Of a stretch of 64,000 nt of DNA, positions 55,612 to 64,000 are shown piece after piece. Both the position numbers and the translations under genes were made by a program. Each line of letters begins with the position of its first letter. The stretch's first letter is position 1. The DNA is from a virus. Below the pieces are notes generated by a model. The model was not told the DNA's origin and ran no database searches. It saw nothing but the letters and a program-made list of their open reading frames with translations. The stretch lies in IMG/VR virus record IMGVR_UViG_3300037549_000096, one strand, 5' to 3'.

Positions 55612-56004
55612 TTATGATTCCTTAAGCCACATATCAGATTTAAGAACAATTAATTTAGTTCCACCTTCAAATTCAGGTACGTCAACTAAACAATCTGTTT
55701 CATTAACTTCTACAATAGTACCATCACCACAAACTCTTACACCCCATTCCTCGCTGTCTGTATCAATATGAACTAATTGACCTGTTTCAAAATCATCATC
55801 ATACTTAAAAACATCTTTTAATTCTTCACCTTCTACTTCAAGATAAGGATCACCGTCTTGAAAACCATCACAATCAAACAAGTTTTTATTAATAAGAAGA
55901 TTCGTAGCTTTATAGGCTTCGTCTTTTAAGGTAATAATTACTTCTTGATTAAGTTCCTGTGGAGTCATTTTTAAAATTTGTTTACCTAGATCAGCCCATT
56001 TCAT
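55612..56004 (-). CDS. Hypothetical acidic protein
   Basis: AAGGA RBS. Confidence 0.6.
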   Translation of the reverse strand: MKWADLGKQILKMTPQELNQEVIITLKDEAYKATNLLINKNLFDCDGFQDGDPYLEVEGEELKDVFKYDDDFETGQLVHIDTDSEEWGVRVCGDGTIVEVNETDCLVDVPEFEGGTKLIVLKSDMWLKES

Positions 56005-56007
56005 GAT

Positions 56008-56259
56008 TTATCCTTTCAGTAATGCACTTGTCATAATAACATTAAGATTTCCATTAAATAATGGAAAACCCATTTCAGCTAATTTTAAAATATTTGTACT
56101 TTCTCTTGATCGAACACAAATTCTTCCATCATCTAAAATATGTAAAAGAGGAACATCATTTGCATAAAGAGTAGGTAATTTAGCGCCATAATATTCATCT
56201 AATACTAAAGTTATTACAATTGGTTTAATTACTGGTTCTTCTTTTAAAACAAATCTCAT
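56008..56259 (-). CDS. Hypothetical protein
   Basis: GGAG RBS before MRFVL. Confidence 0.5.
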   Translation of the reverse strand: MRFVLKEEPVIKPIVITLVLDEYYGAKLPTLYANDVPLLHILDDGRICVRSRESTNILKLAEMGFPLFNGNLNVIMTSALLKG

Positions 56260-56260
56260 A

Positions 56261-56536
56261 TTAATCTCCAAGATATTTAATATCAACATCTTTCATCATT
56301 TTTAATTGTTTACCAAACTTAGTATCAATTACAAAATGTTTATCTGAAGTTGAAAAGTCAAGTGCGTCCTGATTATCATTTGTACCAAAAATACAACCCT
56401 TATCAATATCTACAATATAATAACGATAAAGTTTATCTATTGCTTCCATACGTATTCTTAATGCAATTAATTCATTTGCGACAGTAGAATTAGCTTCTAC
56501 TAATTTACCATCAACGAACATAGTTACCATTACCAT
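56261..56536 (-). CDS. Hypothetical protein
   Basis: AGGA RBS. Confidence 0.55.
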   Translation of the reverse strand: MVMVTMFVDGKLVEANSTVANELIALRIRMEAIDKLYRYYIVDIDKGCIFGTNDNQDALDFSTSDKHFVIDTKFGKQLKMMKDVDIKYLGD

Positions 56537-56551
56537 TATATGTCCTATTAA

Positions 56552-56579
56552 GCCTCCCTACTCCTAAGAATAGGGAGGC
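56552..56579 (-). terminator. Stem-loop (terminator or processing site)
   Basis: Minus-strand GCCUCCCUAUUC-UUAG-GAGUAGGGAGGC; the G-U pair forms only on the minus strand. Confidence 0.6.
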
Positions 56580-56592
56580 GATTTAACTTAAT

Positions 56593-56766
56593 TTAATAAG
56601 GCCAAGAGCGAAGTTTAAGAATTAAATCTAACCTATCTTCAGCTTTTTCTACTACCATAAAGAAATGATTGTGACAAGTTGTGTCTTTTTCTTGAAGTTC
56701 TACTTCACAATCTCCTGTTTGAATTAAAGTTGTTTCTAGTTCTTTAATTACTTTTGAAAGTAACAT
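56593..56766 (-). CDS. 57-aa protein (not in ORF track)
   Basis: MLLSKVIKELETTLIQTGDCEV...LRSWPY*. Confidence 0.5.
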   Translation of the reverse strand: MLLSKVIKELETTLIQTGDCEVELQEKDTTCHNHFFMVVEKAEDRLDLILKLRSWPY

Positions 56767-56768
56767 AG

Positions 56769-57770
56769 TTAATCCAAACTAAATGTAGTTACATTAGTAG
56801 CTGCCTTAGTTCTTGCTCCTACCATAGCAAAAGCCTTATCCCAAGCCTTTTGCTTGAAATCAGCACCACTACCGAAGATAACACAATCAGTTGGATCTTT
56901 ACCAAGCTTAGGCATTGTGTAATCCGCAAATTCTACAGCCGCTTGAACAGGCCACCAAGCCGTTCCCTTAACACCAGGAAGTTCTACACCCTTTCCATTC
57001 GCCATATAACCATCGAATGCATCAATTTTCTTAGTACGAATGGTACGTCCACGACCTTCAGCAACATCTTTTTCTTCACCAAAGAGTGCATTTTTATACA
57101 TATTAATAAAATCATCATCAATAATAAACTTTCCAAGTTCATGACACTTATCACCCATGAGCGTAAAGTAATCATTCATTTCTTTCATAATTTTACCAGC
57201 TTCTTCAAGCCGATCTTCAGCGTTAAGTGTATGACGAACCTTAACGATTTGAGTAGAACCTTTACCAAGAGCCATGTTCAATGTATTCTGACATACAACT
57301 CTTATAGGAGTAAACATTACCTGACAAGGACTCGAACCATCATGTGAATTCATTAACATGATATATTGTTCAATCTTATCACCGGCTATTGGAGAGAAAC
57401 TTTTTGGTAATTTAGCTAAAAGCCAGATTCTTTCTCCATCGCCTAAAGCTCCAGCGGTTTGATAAATAGCACCAGCTTCTCCGCCAATAAGAGAATCAAA
57501 AAAATCGAAAGCACGAACATTTTGAATAATTTCATATCTTGCACCAACTACTCCTAATACTTTATTATTATCTGTATTAATTGTAGCAAAACCACCCTTA
57601 CAAAGAGAACCGTCTTGTCTAAGTAATTGTTCTTTAATAACCATGTATCCAAGATCAGCCATTTCAATTGCTTGTGCTGCTGTCATAGCTCCTTCACAAT
57701 GTTTTCCTAATTGGTGCCACGGTTCAGATCCGGTATAGGCCATAGTATCATTATAGAGGTTATGAGCCAT
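56769..57770 (-). CDS. DUF932 (TIGR03299-like) phage/plasmid protein
   Basis: MAHNL..PWHQLG..LGVVGARY..QN..NSHDGS..TPIRVVCQNTL..RHT. Confidence 0.9.
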   Translation of the reverse strand: MAHNLYNDTMAYTGSEPWHQLGKHCEGAMTAAQAIEMADLGYMVIKEQLLRQDGSLCKGGFATINTDNNKVLGVVGARYEIIQNVRAFDFFDSLIGGEAGAIYQTAGALGDGERIWLLAKLPKSFSPIAGDKIEQYIMLMNSHDGSSPCQVMFTPIRVVCQNTLNMALGKGSTQIVKVRHTLNAEDRLEEAGKIMKEMNDYFTLMGDKCHELGKFIIDDDFINMYKNALFGEEKDVAEGRGRTIRTKKIDAFDGYMANGKGVELPGVKGTAWWPVQAAVEFADYTMPKLGKDPTDCVIFGSGADFKQKAWDKAFAMVGARTKAATNVTTFSLD

Positions 57771-58024
57771 TTAATTGTTCCTTTGAAAGTAGATAGTTAT
57801 TTAACCAAGGATTAATCTTTTTAGAAACTATTTCATCATATTGTTGTTGTAAATCTGATGGAATAATTCTACTATTTGCTATTAGATGGTTTTACTTCAA
57901 AATTATCGCCACATTTACATTTTACTATCCAGTTATAACTTCCTCCCGTACGATTCTCATCAACTGGTTCAAGTATCTTACAGTTGTTGAAAACTTGTCC
58001 CTTCCAGTTGATGAGTCTCGGCAT
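57760..58024 (-). pseudogene. Internally deleted HNH endonuclease remnant
   Basis: 5' MPRLINWKGQVFNNCKILEPVDEN.. and, out of frame, 3' IANSRIIP..YDEIV..KINPWLNNYL match the two ends of 47289..48374. Confidence 0.85.
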
Positions 58025-58025
58025 A

Positions 58026-58616
58026 TTACTCCTTTGGATACACTCCTAAAAGTTGTATCAAACTCCACGGAATAAATTCATCTAACCCTAATTGGTTCGC
58101 ATAATATTCTATAACTCTGATAGCTTCTTTTTCAGTATCCACATTCTCAGCTTCAATTTCAACAAATGAAGCTTCGTCATATAAATCTGACTTTGAAGAG
58201 AAAATACGCTGTCTTTTTTTGTCATATTTATATGCGCCTTTTTTAATGTGATGGATAATAGTCTGACTAATAACAGCATCAGGCATACGCCATACTTTAA
58301 TATATTGTTTAAATTCAATCTTCATTTCCCATTTTGCAATTTTAACAAATTCAAGATAATCTTGAATATTAGAATTAGGAGTACGAAGATTAACTTCTGT
58401 TCTTACAAGATTATCTTTAAAATATGTTTTAGCTGTCATTTCAGGAAAGCCGCGATGTGAATCATCACGAATTCTGATCAATCCACCAGGGACTTCATAA
58501 TAACGATCATGTGAAAGACTTCCAAAATACTCTTTACAATTATCAAAAAGAACGGCTTCATTCAATGTGATATCATAAGGAATGTGATACTTACGTTCAA
58601 TTTCAATGTTTCGCAT
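58026..58616 (-). CDS. CYTH (CyaB-like / triphosphate tunnel) protein
   Basis: EIERKY, DRYY, IRIR, TAK, EVNL, FVEIE motifs. Confidence 0.8.
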   Translation of the reverse strand: MRNIEIERKYHIPYDITLNEAVLFDNCKEYFGSLSHDRYYEVPGGLIRIRDDSHRGFPEMTAKTYFKDNLVRTEVNLRTPNSNIQDYLEFVKIAKWEMKIEFKQYIKVWRMPDAVISQTIIHHIKKGAYKYDKKRQRIFSSKSDLYDEASFVEIEAENVDTEKEAIRVIEYYANQLGLDEFIPWSLIQLLGVYPKE

Positions 58617-59205
58617 GTAATTGTAGCCTCAACTCCTCACGAAGTTCTTCATAATCAGGAAAAGAAAGAATCTCTTTCTTTCCAGAGATTTGATCAAACT
58701 TCTCAATAATGAATTCTGATTTAATTGCAAAATAATTCATTCGTGTTATCTCTGTCTTCTCTGAGATAACGTTTTTCTTTTGTTCATGATCATAAGAAAT
58801 TAAATAAGAAATAATCTTACGCCCATTTTGAATGAATTGGGAGAGATTCTTAGGTTTCATAAATTTAACAATGTTCTCTATATGCGTGATAACCGCGCCA
58901 TGAATAGGTGTGGCATCATTCAAATATACTTCTAATGCTTTACCGGCAATGATTGGAACGTCATCATTATCGTCTGAAGGATTGCTAGACGGAGAAGATG
59001 AAGGGCTGCCCGAATTTTTATTAGCAAGATACCTCGTTCCTCTCTTTTCACCAGTCTTCGTTAGATAGTTTTTATTCAATCCGTCAGAAATTAGGTTACG
59101 AACTTCTTCCTTATCCTCAATCTCCAAATATCCTTGAATTTCAGAGAATGACGTTCCTTCTGGTCTGGTTTTAACGAAATCAATTAAGTCAGATAACAGG
59201 CTCAA
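58603..59205 (-). CDS. Winged-helix protein
   Basis: N-terminal wHTH ending KTGEKRGTRY; Ser/Pro linker. Confidence 0.6.
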   Translation of the reverse strand: MSLLSDLIDFVKTRPEGTSFSEIQGYLEIEDKEEVRNLISDGLNKNYLTKTGEKRGTRYLANKNSGSPSSSPSSNPSDDNDDVPIIAGKALEVYLNDATPIHGAVITHIENIVKFMKPKNLSQFIQNGRKIISYLISYDHEQKKNVISEKTEITRMNYFAIKSEFIIEKFDQISGKKEILSFPDYEELREELRLQLHAKH

Positions 59206-60340
59206 CTATAGCTCCTTTCGTTAATTCAAACATTTTTTCACATACTTCTTCTGCATTTTCACTAGTAGTAATTACTTTAACACCGCCTTGTAAAGCATTA
59301 ACAGTACGCAATTCATATTTTTGTGTATCGTTAATAAAGATAATATAAACAGCAGAATTGAAATGTAAAAGTTTGCTTAGTTCATCGATTGGTTGAAAAG
59401 AAAGTCTTTCTTCTTTCTTTTCTTCACGAACTTCTTTAGTAATAGTATCAGCTTTAGAAACTGGAACGTCTTTATGGATATATCGTGAAGTTTTCTTTAC
59501 ACCTTCATGATAAATCTCACCTTCTTCTTCAAGTTCTCTAAGTGCTAGAACGATATCAGTTCTTGCAGTATTGAACTTTTCAATAAGTTGAGGAACAGTT
59601 ACAACTTTAGACGTTGCGATAAATTCTAAAACATTTTGTTTTAAAATTGTATCAGCCTTAGCTTCATCTTCCGTTGTTTCTTCGTCCTCAATACTCATTA
59701 CTTCAAAATAAGCATATTCAGTAGAACGTCTTTCTCCACGAATCTGAATTTCGCCATCATCCATTAATCCGTACAATGCTTGACGAATTTCGTAAGGACT
59801 TGCATCTAAAATAGAATCAAGTTCACTACGCTTGAACCATCTTGGATTAGCTTTAGCGAAGTCAAGAATTTTAGTATTTAATTCTTGATTAATTTCTGGA
59901 GCAACTTCTTCATCTGGTAATTCACTATGTTGTGACCAAATAGAAGATTTTCCATGACCATGAAGATGAATGACACCTTTCTCATCACGCAGGAAAATTA
60001 AAATTTTCCTGAGTATATGTTCTTGATGTTGAGGAAACTTTGTAAATAAATCTGAAGAAGAAAAATCTTTAAGACTTAATACAAATTCTTCAACCTCTTG
60101 AATAAGTTTAGGACTAAGTTCTTCTTCTTTTTCAGCATCATTTAAATTAGGATTTGTAGAATAAAAAGTTCCTCTTTTTACTCCATAAGAGAATACTTTC
60201 TTTTCTTCTACAAGTTCTTTAATAGATTCTTTAATAATATTAAAAGGGACGGCTGGAAAATAACCAGCAGCGTCCCTTGAGGTAAATGATGTTGTATCTT
60301 TTATACTATTTAAAACCGCAATAGCGATTTTACTTGTCAC
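59189..60340 (-). CDS. Tandem winged-helix repeat protein (4 repeats)
   Basis: Repeats end GVKRGTFY, GHGKSSIW, GERRSTEY, GVKKTSRY. Confidence 0.7.
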   Translation of the reverse strand: MTSKIAIAVLNSIKDTTSFTSRDAAGYFPAVPFNIIKESIKELVEEKKVFSYGVKRGTFYSTNPNLNDAEKEEELSPKLIQEVEEFVLSLKDFSSSDLFTKFPQHQEHILRKILIFLRDEKGVIHLHGHGKSSIWSQHSELPDEEVAPEINQELNTKILDFAKANPRWFKRSELDSILDASPYEIRQALYGLMDDGEIQIRGERRSTEYAYFEVMSIEDEETTEDEAKADTILKQNVLEFIATSKVVTVPQLIEKFNTARTDIVLALRELEEEGEIYHEGVKKTSRYIHKDVPVSKADTITKEVREEKKEERLSFQPIDELSKLLHFNSAVYIIFINDTQKYELRTVNALQGGVKVITTSENAEEVCEKMFELTKGAIVEPVI

Positions 60341-61029
60341 AAGCCTTTCTCCTTATAAAACTTCACTCGTTCCATTACACGAATAGGATAACTCATGTTA
60401 GGAGTATTGACTCTTGTGTCTTTTTTACCATAGAGAAGACCCGTGTTAGCTTGTCCCCAAAAATAACTATGAAGACTTATTTCATACGAATCTTCTTTTT
60501 CATAACCCGCTTCCATATGAGCCGCATGTAAATCAGCTAAAAATGAAATACCAACAATTACGTTGGCGACAGGATCAAATAAACTATTTTCTTTATAATC
60601 AATTCGTTCTAGTCTTAAATATGGTCGAGCAGTTGAGGGTAGTATTTGCATCAAACCTTTTGCGTTTGCTTCGGATACTACTTCAGGATTCCAACCACTT
60701 TCTACATCAATAAGACCACAAATCAAAGATACATCCATTTTTTTTAGATCACAAATTGAAATGATTGTTTGAGTTAAAAGCACTTTTGTTTTAATGGTTG
60801 CTTTAGCCCCAATCCTTTCATCAATGATTTTTAAAAGAGTTGTTTGTTGAGAACTTTTCAAAGCAAAAGCTTGAATCACTTTATTTGATGTTACTACTTC
60901 ATCAACTTTTTGATTCATCTTATAAAAACCAAATACCACTCCACCAGCTATTAAAAGAATGATAAGAATTAAATTAACTAAAGTTCCTATGCTCTTAGGA
61001 TGAGAAGATTTAGTAATTTCTTCACTCAT
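60337..61029 (-). CDS. Membrane-anchored lytic transglycosylase (SLT)
   Basis: N-terminal TM; IDVESGWNP..S.ANAKGLMQI; AGGAG RBS before ATG 61029. Confidence 0.88.
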   Translation of the reverse strand: MSEEITKSSHPKSIGTLVNLILIILLIAGGVVFGFYKMNQKVDEVVTSNKVIQAFALKSSQQTTLLKIIDERIGAKATIKTKVLLTQTIISICDLKKMDVSLICGLIDVESGWNPEVVSEANAKGLMQILPSTARPYLRLERIDYKENSLFDPVANVIVGISFLADLHAAHMEAGYEKEDSYEISLHSYFWGQANTGLLYGKKDTRVNTPNMSYPIRVMERVKFYKEKGL

Positions 61030-61049
61030 TATTACTCCTACAATAAAGG

Positions 61050-61673
61050 TTAAGTATGAATCTCCCAAGAACAGCTTTCCGAGTGCCAAATAATGCCACC
61101 GTTCATAAGCTGCTTACCATCCCTGGAAATGACCCAATACAGGCTACGGGGCGCGATATCCTTCATGAAGTATAAGTCTATCGCATCATCATAACCACCG
61201 CTACTATTTTTAGCGATTTGCCTAACCCTATCAAGATAAGGTAAAATTCCTTCTAATTCACAAGTTTCCTTAGCTTGGTCTACAATTGTTTCGTTTACGT
61301 TAGGTTTTGCTTTCTCTAAACTATCTAAGAAAGCTGGAAGCAAATCTAGTTCAATTTCTGGATCTAAGTTTAAAACTTTGTTAAATTCAACGAAAAGTTC
61401 TTTTTCTCTAAAAGGAATATATATTTGCTTACAGTTTTCACTTATATCTACAAAACGTAAAGAAGTTCCTGTAAATTGAAGTAAATGATAATTATCACAA
61501 TAAAACGGACAGAATCCTTTTTCGTTTAACATATGTAAGAGTTCTGCTTGACTGATATAGAAATCTTGATAATAAGGTTGACCTTTTTCTTTATATAGAA
61601 TTCTGAAATTAGTAGAATTTTGTTTTGTGATACTAAATATTTCTAAATGTAAAACTGTTTTAATGTCAGGCAT
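61050..61673 (-). CDS. Hypothetical protein
   Basis: AGGAG RBS; C-terminal MNGGIIWH..WEIHT. Confidence 0.65.
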   Translation of the reverse strand: MPDIKTVLHLEIFSITKQNSTNFRILYKEKGQPYYQDFYISQAELLHMLNEKGFCPFYCDNYHLLQFTGTSLRFVDISENCKQIYIPFREKELFVEFNKVLNLDPEIELDLLPAFLDSLEKAKPNVNETIVDQAKETCELEGILPYLDRVRQIAKNSSGGYDDAIDLYFMKDIAPRSLYWVISRDGKQLMNGGIIWHSESCSWEIHT

Positions 61674-61681
61674 ACATACTC

Positions 61682-62170
61682 CTATAAAACTTCAGCCAGA
61701 AGATCATATACATGCATCTTCTCTGTTTTAGTATTTCTTGAAAAACGGTATTTACCAATAGCGAATACACTATGCTTACAAACGCCATTATATAAATAAG
61801 AATATTGTACATTGATAGCGCGAGCAACAGCAGCTAGATTGTTAAATACACAATTTTTTCCATTGACGGTATTTAAAAGAAGCCATTGATTATGATTATG
61901 ATCATTTTTAATAGGAGTATCATTCTTAGGTACACCCTTAAATCCGGTTAATTTACCTTTAACAAAGGTTTCTGTTTTAATCGGATTATAAGAATTGTGC
62001 GTAATAGTGAATTGGTAATTATTAAAGAATTTTTCAGTCAAAATTTTTTTTTTAATAAAAGCATAAAAATGTTTATTTTGATCAGGAAAATGAATATCAA
62101 GTTCCTTATCTAAAAGTTTATCTTCAAACGAATGCTGTTCTTGAGTACCTTTATTTAAGAGACTATACAT
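61682..62170 (-). CDS. Hypothetical protein with NUMOD1-like HTH
   Basis: GGAG RBS; FNNLAAVARAINV. Confidence 0.5.
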   Translation of the reverse strand: MYSLLNKGTQEQHSFEDKLLDKELDIHFPDQNKHFYAFIKKKILTEKFFNNYQFTITHNSYNPIKTETFVKGKLTGFKGVPKNDTPIKNDHNHNQWLLLNTVNGKNCVFNNLAAVARAINVQYSYLYNGVCKHSVFAIGKYRFSRNTKTEKMHVYDLLAEVL

Positions 62171-62240
62171 TTATACACTCCGTTTTAACTTTCCTGCTAA
62201 ATGAGGAAAATTATCGTTAGATTGTCAAAGAAATTAAAAA

Positions 62241-62462
62241 TTAATTAGCACATTTAGAAAACATATATTTTGTCAAAGCTTTCATGGCTTTCTTTTCTTC
62301 AATTTGGTTTATGTTTAAAAGATCATTTAATTCTTTTTCATTAATACATAATAAATGTTTATCTTGATCTAAAGCAAAAACATATCCGATTCTATTCTCT
62401 TCTGGAATTTTTTCAGCTAATTCAGGAATTAATTCTTTAAGTTTAGCATAAGTTAATAACAT
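62241..62462 (-). CDS. Hypothetical protein
   Basis: TAATG coupling. Confidence 0.5.
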   Translation of the reverse strand: MLLTYAKLKELIPELAEKIPEENRIGYVFALDQDKHLLCINEKELNDLLNINQIEEKKAMKALTKYMFSKCAN

Positions 62463-63091
62463 TAAATTTCACCTAAAATTAATTCCTTAAAATAAGGTAA
62501 TTCTTCGATAGATTTACAAATTACTTCTCTCCATTCAGGCATTCTATGATCTTTGCGATAATAATAAATATTTGCTAAAACTTGATAACTAAATCCACGA
62601 TTACGTCTTTGTAGCCAACCTTCGGGAAGACAAGCTTTAAGAACTTCAATAGGAATTTCTTGGCGTGAACCATATCGCTTTACAAGTTTTTCGATATTAT
62701 TTGTAAATTGTTCCATAACGAATTCAGGAGTATAGTCTACAAACATATCATAAGAAATATCTTTAGATTCTTTTAAAAGCGTGTACATTGTAGATTCAGA
62801 GCTAATCATATCTACGCCAACTGAGTAAGTATCTAATTCAGCCCACACACTCCTTGGCATATTAATATTAAACCAAGCTGTAATACCACGTTGAAACTTA
62901 CCGTGAACTGGACCTTGTTTAAGAAGTTTAACTGCTAATGCGATATCTTTAGACCCAAGTTTAATTCCAGGTGATTTGATATCTCTTGCATAAAGAATTT
63001 CAGAATCACCTTTAGATTTAGTAGGATATCTCATTCCTTCAATAGAAGCAATAAATCCACCAACTTCGATTAAATCAAAACAAACATTCAT
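62462..63091 (-). CDS. Divergent ThyX-like protein
   Basis: HGKF.R....I.MPR..WAELDTY..SESTM..LPEG.LQ.R....SY..L..IY..RKDHRMPEW. Confidence 0.6.
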   Translation of the reverse strand: MNVCFDLIEVGGFIASIEGMRYPTKSKGDSEILYARDIKSPGIKLGSKDIALAVKLLKQGPVHGKFQRGITAWFNINMPRSVWAELDTYSVGVDMISSESTMYTLLKESKDISYDMFVDYTPEFVMEQFTNNIEKLVKRYGSRQEIPIEVLKACLPEGWLQRRNRGFSYQVLANIYYYRKDHRMPEWREVICKSIEELPYFKELILGEI

Positions 63092-63309
63092 TTGTCAAAC
63101 TCCGGTTTAACTCCAGTTACAGGATCATTAATTGCTTCTGTAAAACTTTTATTTAATTCACAAGAACCTTCTTGATAACCTGCTTCACTTACATTTGGAA
63201 AATTAATTTCACCTTCTTTAAACATTGCGATTGCTTTATCTAAAGAATCAGCTTCTACAGTTTGTTCAAAATCATAAGTTTCTGACCACGCTAATCTAAA
63301 TCGAGTCAT
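63088..63309 (-). CDS. Hypothetical protein
   Basis: AGGA RBS; VEADSLDKA. Confidence 0.55.
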   Translation of the reverse strand: MTRFRLAWSETYDFEQTVEADSLDKAIAMFKEGEINFPNVSEAGYQEGSCELNKSFTEAINDPVTGVKPEFDK

Positions 63310-63311
63310 AA

Positions 63312-63911
63312 TTATGTCCTATATTTCCAAGGTTCTTTTACACCACGTTCTTTAGCAGTTTCATCCCATGATCTAGGTTTTTCAGGATACTCATGAGATA
63401 AAACATTACTATCAGGTGGAACTAAGAAACTAATTCCAGATGTAGATTTATCTGGAATTATTCTTTTCCAGAAATTAACATTAATTTGTTCTGGATAATT
63501 CGTGAATTCAGTTTTTTCTATATGAACAATATTTGTACTAATTTTACGTTTACGTAAGTTGCCATATACGTCAACACATGTTAAAAATCCTTCTGAATCT
63601 GCTTCACCAATGTAATGACATTGCCAAGATAAAGCTTCAGACACATCATTAATTAATTCACCTTCTTCATCACGTAAATCTTTAGGATCAATATTTTCAG
63701 CCATGTAAGTAACTGAATATAAAGTCCAAGAATGAAAGTATTTTTGAGCTAATACTTTACAAGCACCCTGTAACATTAATTCGTATTCTTTTGTTTCTTT
63801 CTGCCATCGTTCATATTCTTCTTTAACAATTAGCTGAAATTTTGTATTTTCTTCAGTTACTCGTTTATTTTCGATTTCAGCATCAACAATAACCCTATTA
63901 AGGGTTGTCAA
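63312..63911 (-). CDS. Hypothetical protein
   Basis: 199 aa, TTG start. Confidence 0.55.
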   Translation of the reverse strand: MTTLNRVIVDAEIENKRVTEENTKFQLIVKEEYERWQKETKEYELMLQGACKVLAQKYFHSWTLYSVTYMAENIDPKDLRDEEGELINDVSEALSWQCHYIGEADSEGFLTCVDVYGNLRKRKISTNIVHIEKTEFTNYPEQINVNFWKRIIPDKSTSGISFLVPPDSNVLSHEYPEKPRSWDETAKERGVKEPWKYRT

Positions 63912-64000
63912 TGCTTCCGTATATTCTTCTTCAGAAAGAAATACTTTATCTGCCTCAAGTTGTCCAAGTAGCTGTAAAGCTCTTGAAGCACCGCTATAAT

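Noticed and set aside
62195-62228. Minus-strand promoter from TTGACA at 62223-62228
   Set aside because: No credible -10 hexamer at 16-18 bp spacing
1-64000. Alternative genetic code (stop-codon reassignment)
   Set aside because: Long genes are intact in the standard code, and TAA, TGA and TAG all end genes next to downstream starts

Overview
An AT-rich, densely coding segment of a large tailed (probably myovirus-like, jumbo-type) phage genome, read in the standard genetic code. All assignments come from motif recognition by eye; no searches were run. The + arm (1-42750) carries baseplate and tail genes, a ~10 kb tail-fibre/tailspike cluster, an M15 endolysin, a sigma-70-family factor and a single-chain fused beta-beta' multisubunit RNA polymerase (1984 aa). 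It also carries a class II ribonucleotide reductase split into two separately promoted genes, with ~4.15 kb of other genes between them (dUTPase, Nudix, HAD, an Ig-like protein, an HNH nuclease and others). The - arm (42880-64000) is mostly small hypothetical genes, plus DNA ligase, HNH nucleases, DUF932, CYTH, winged-helix repeat proteins, an SLT and a ThyX-like protein. The most striking unexplained pattern is 15 largely unrelated genes that all begin with the same hexapeptide tag (12 exact MIIKLA, plus MIVKLA, MIAKLA and MLGKLA). The tag is encoded by varied synonymous codons, and related K-x-A motifs recur inside neighbouring proteins at apparent domain boundaries. I infer a virion-cargo tagging and proteolytic processing system that delivers many basic glycine-zipper proteins, a J-domain and other payloads. 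Secondary oddities are an HNH family with a conserved 5' hairpin and an internally deleted copy, a small gene bounded by 22-bp direct repeats, and one frameshifted gene.
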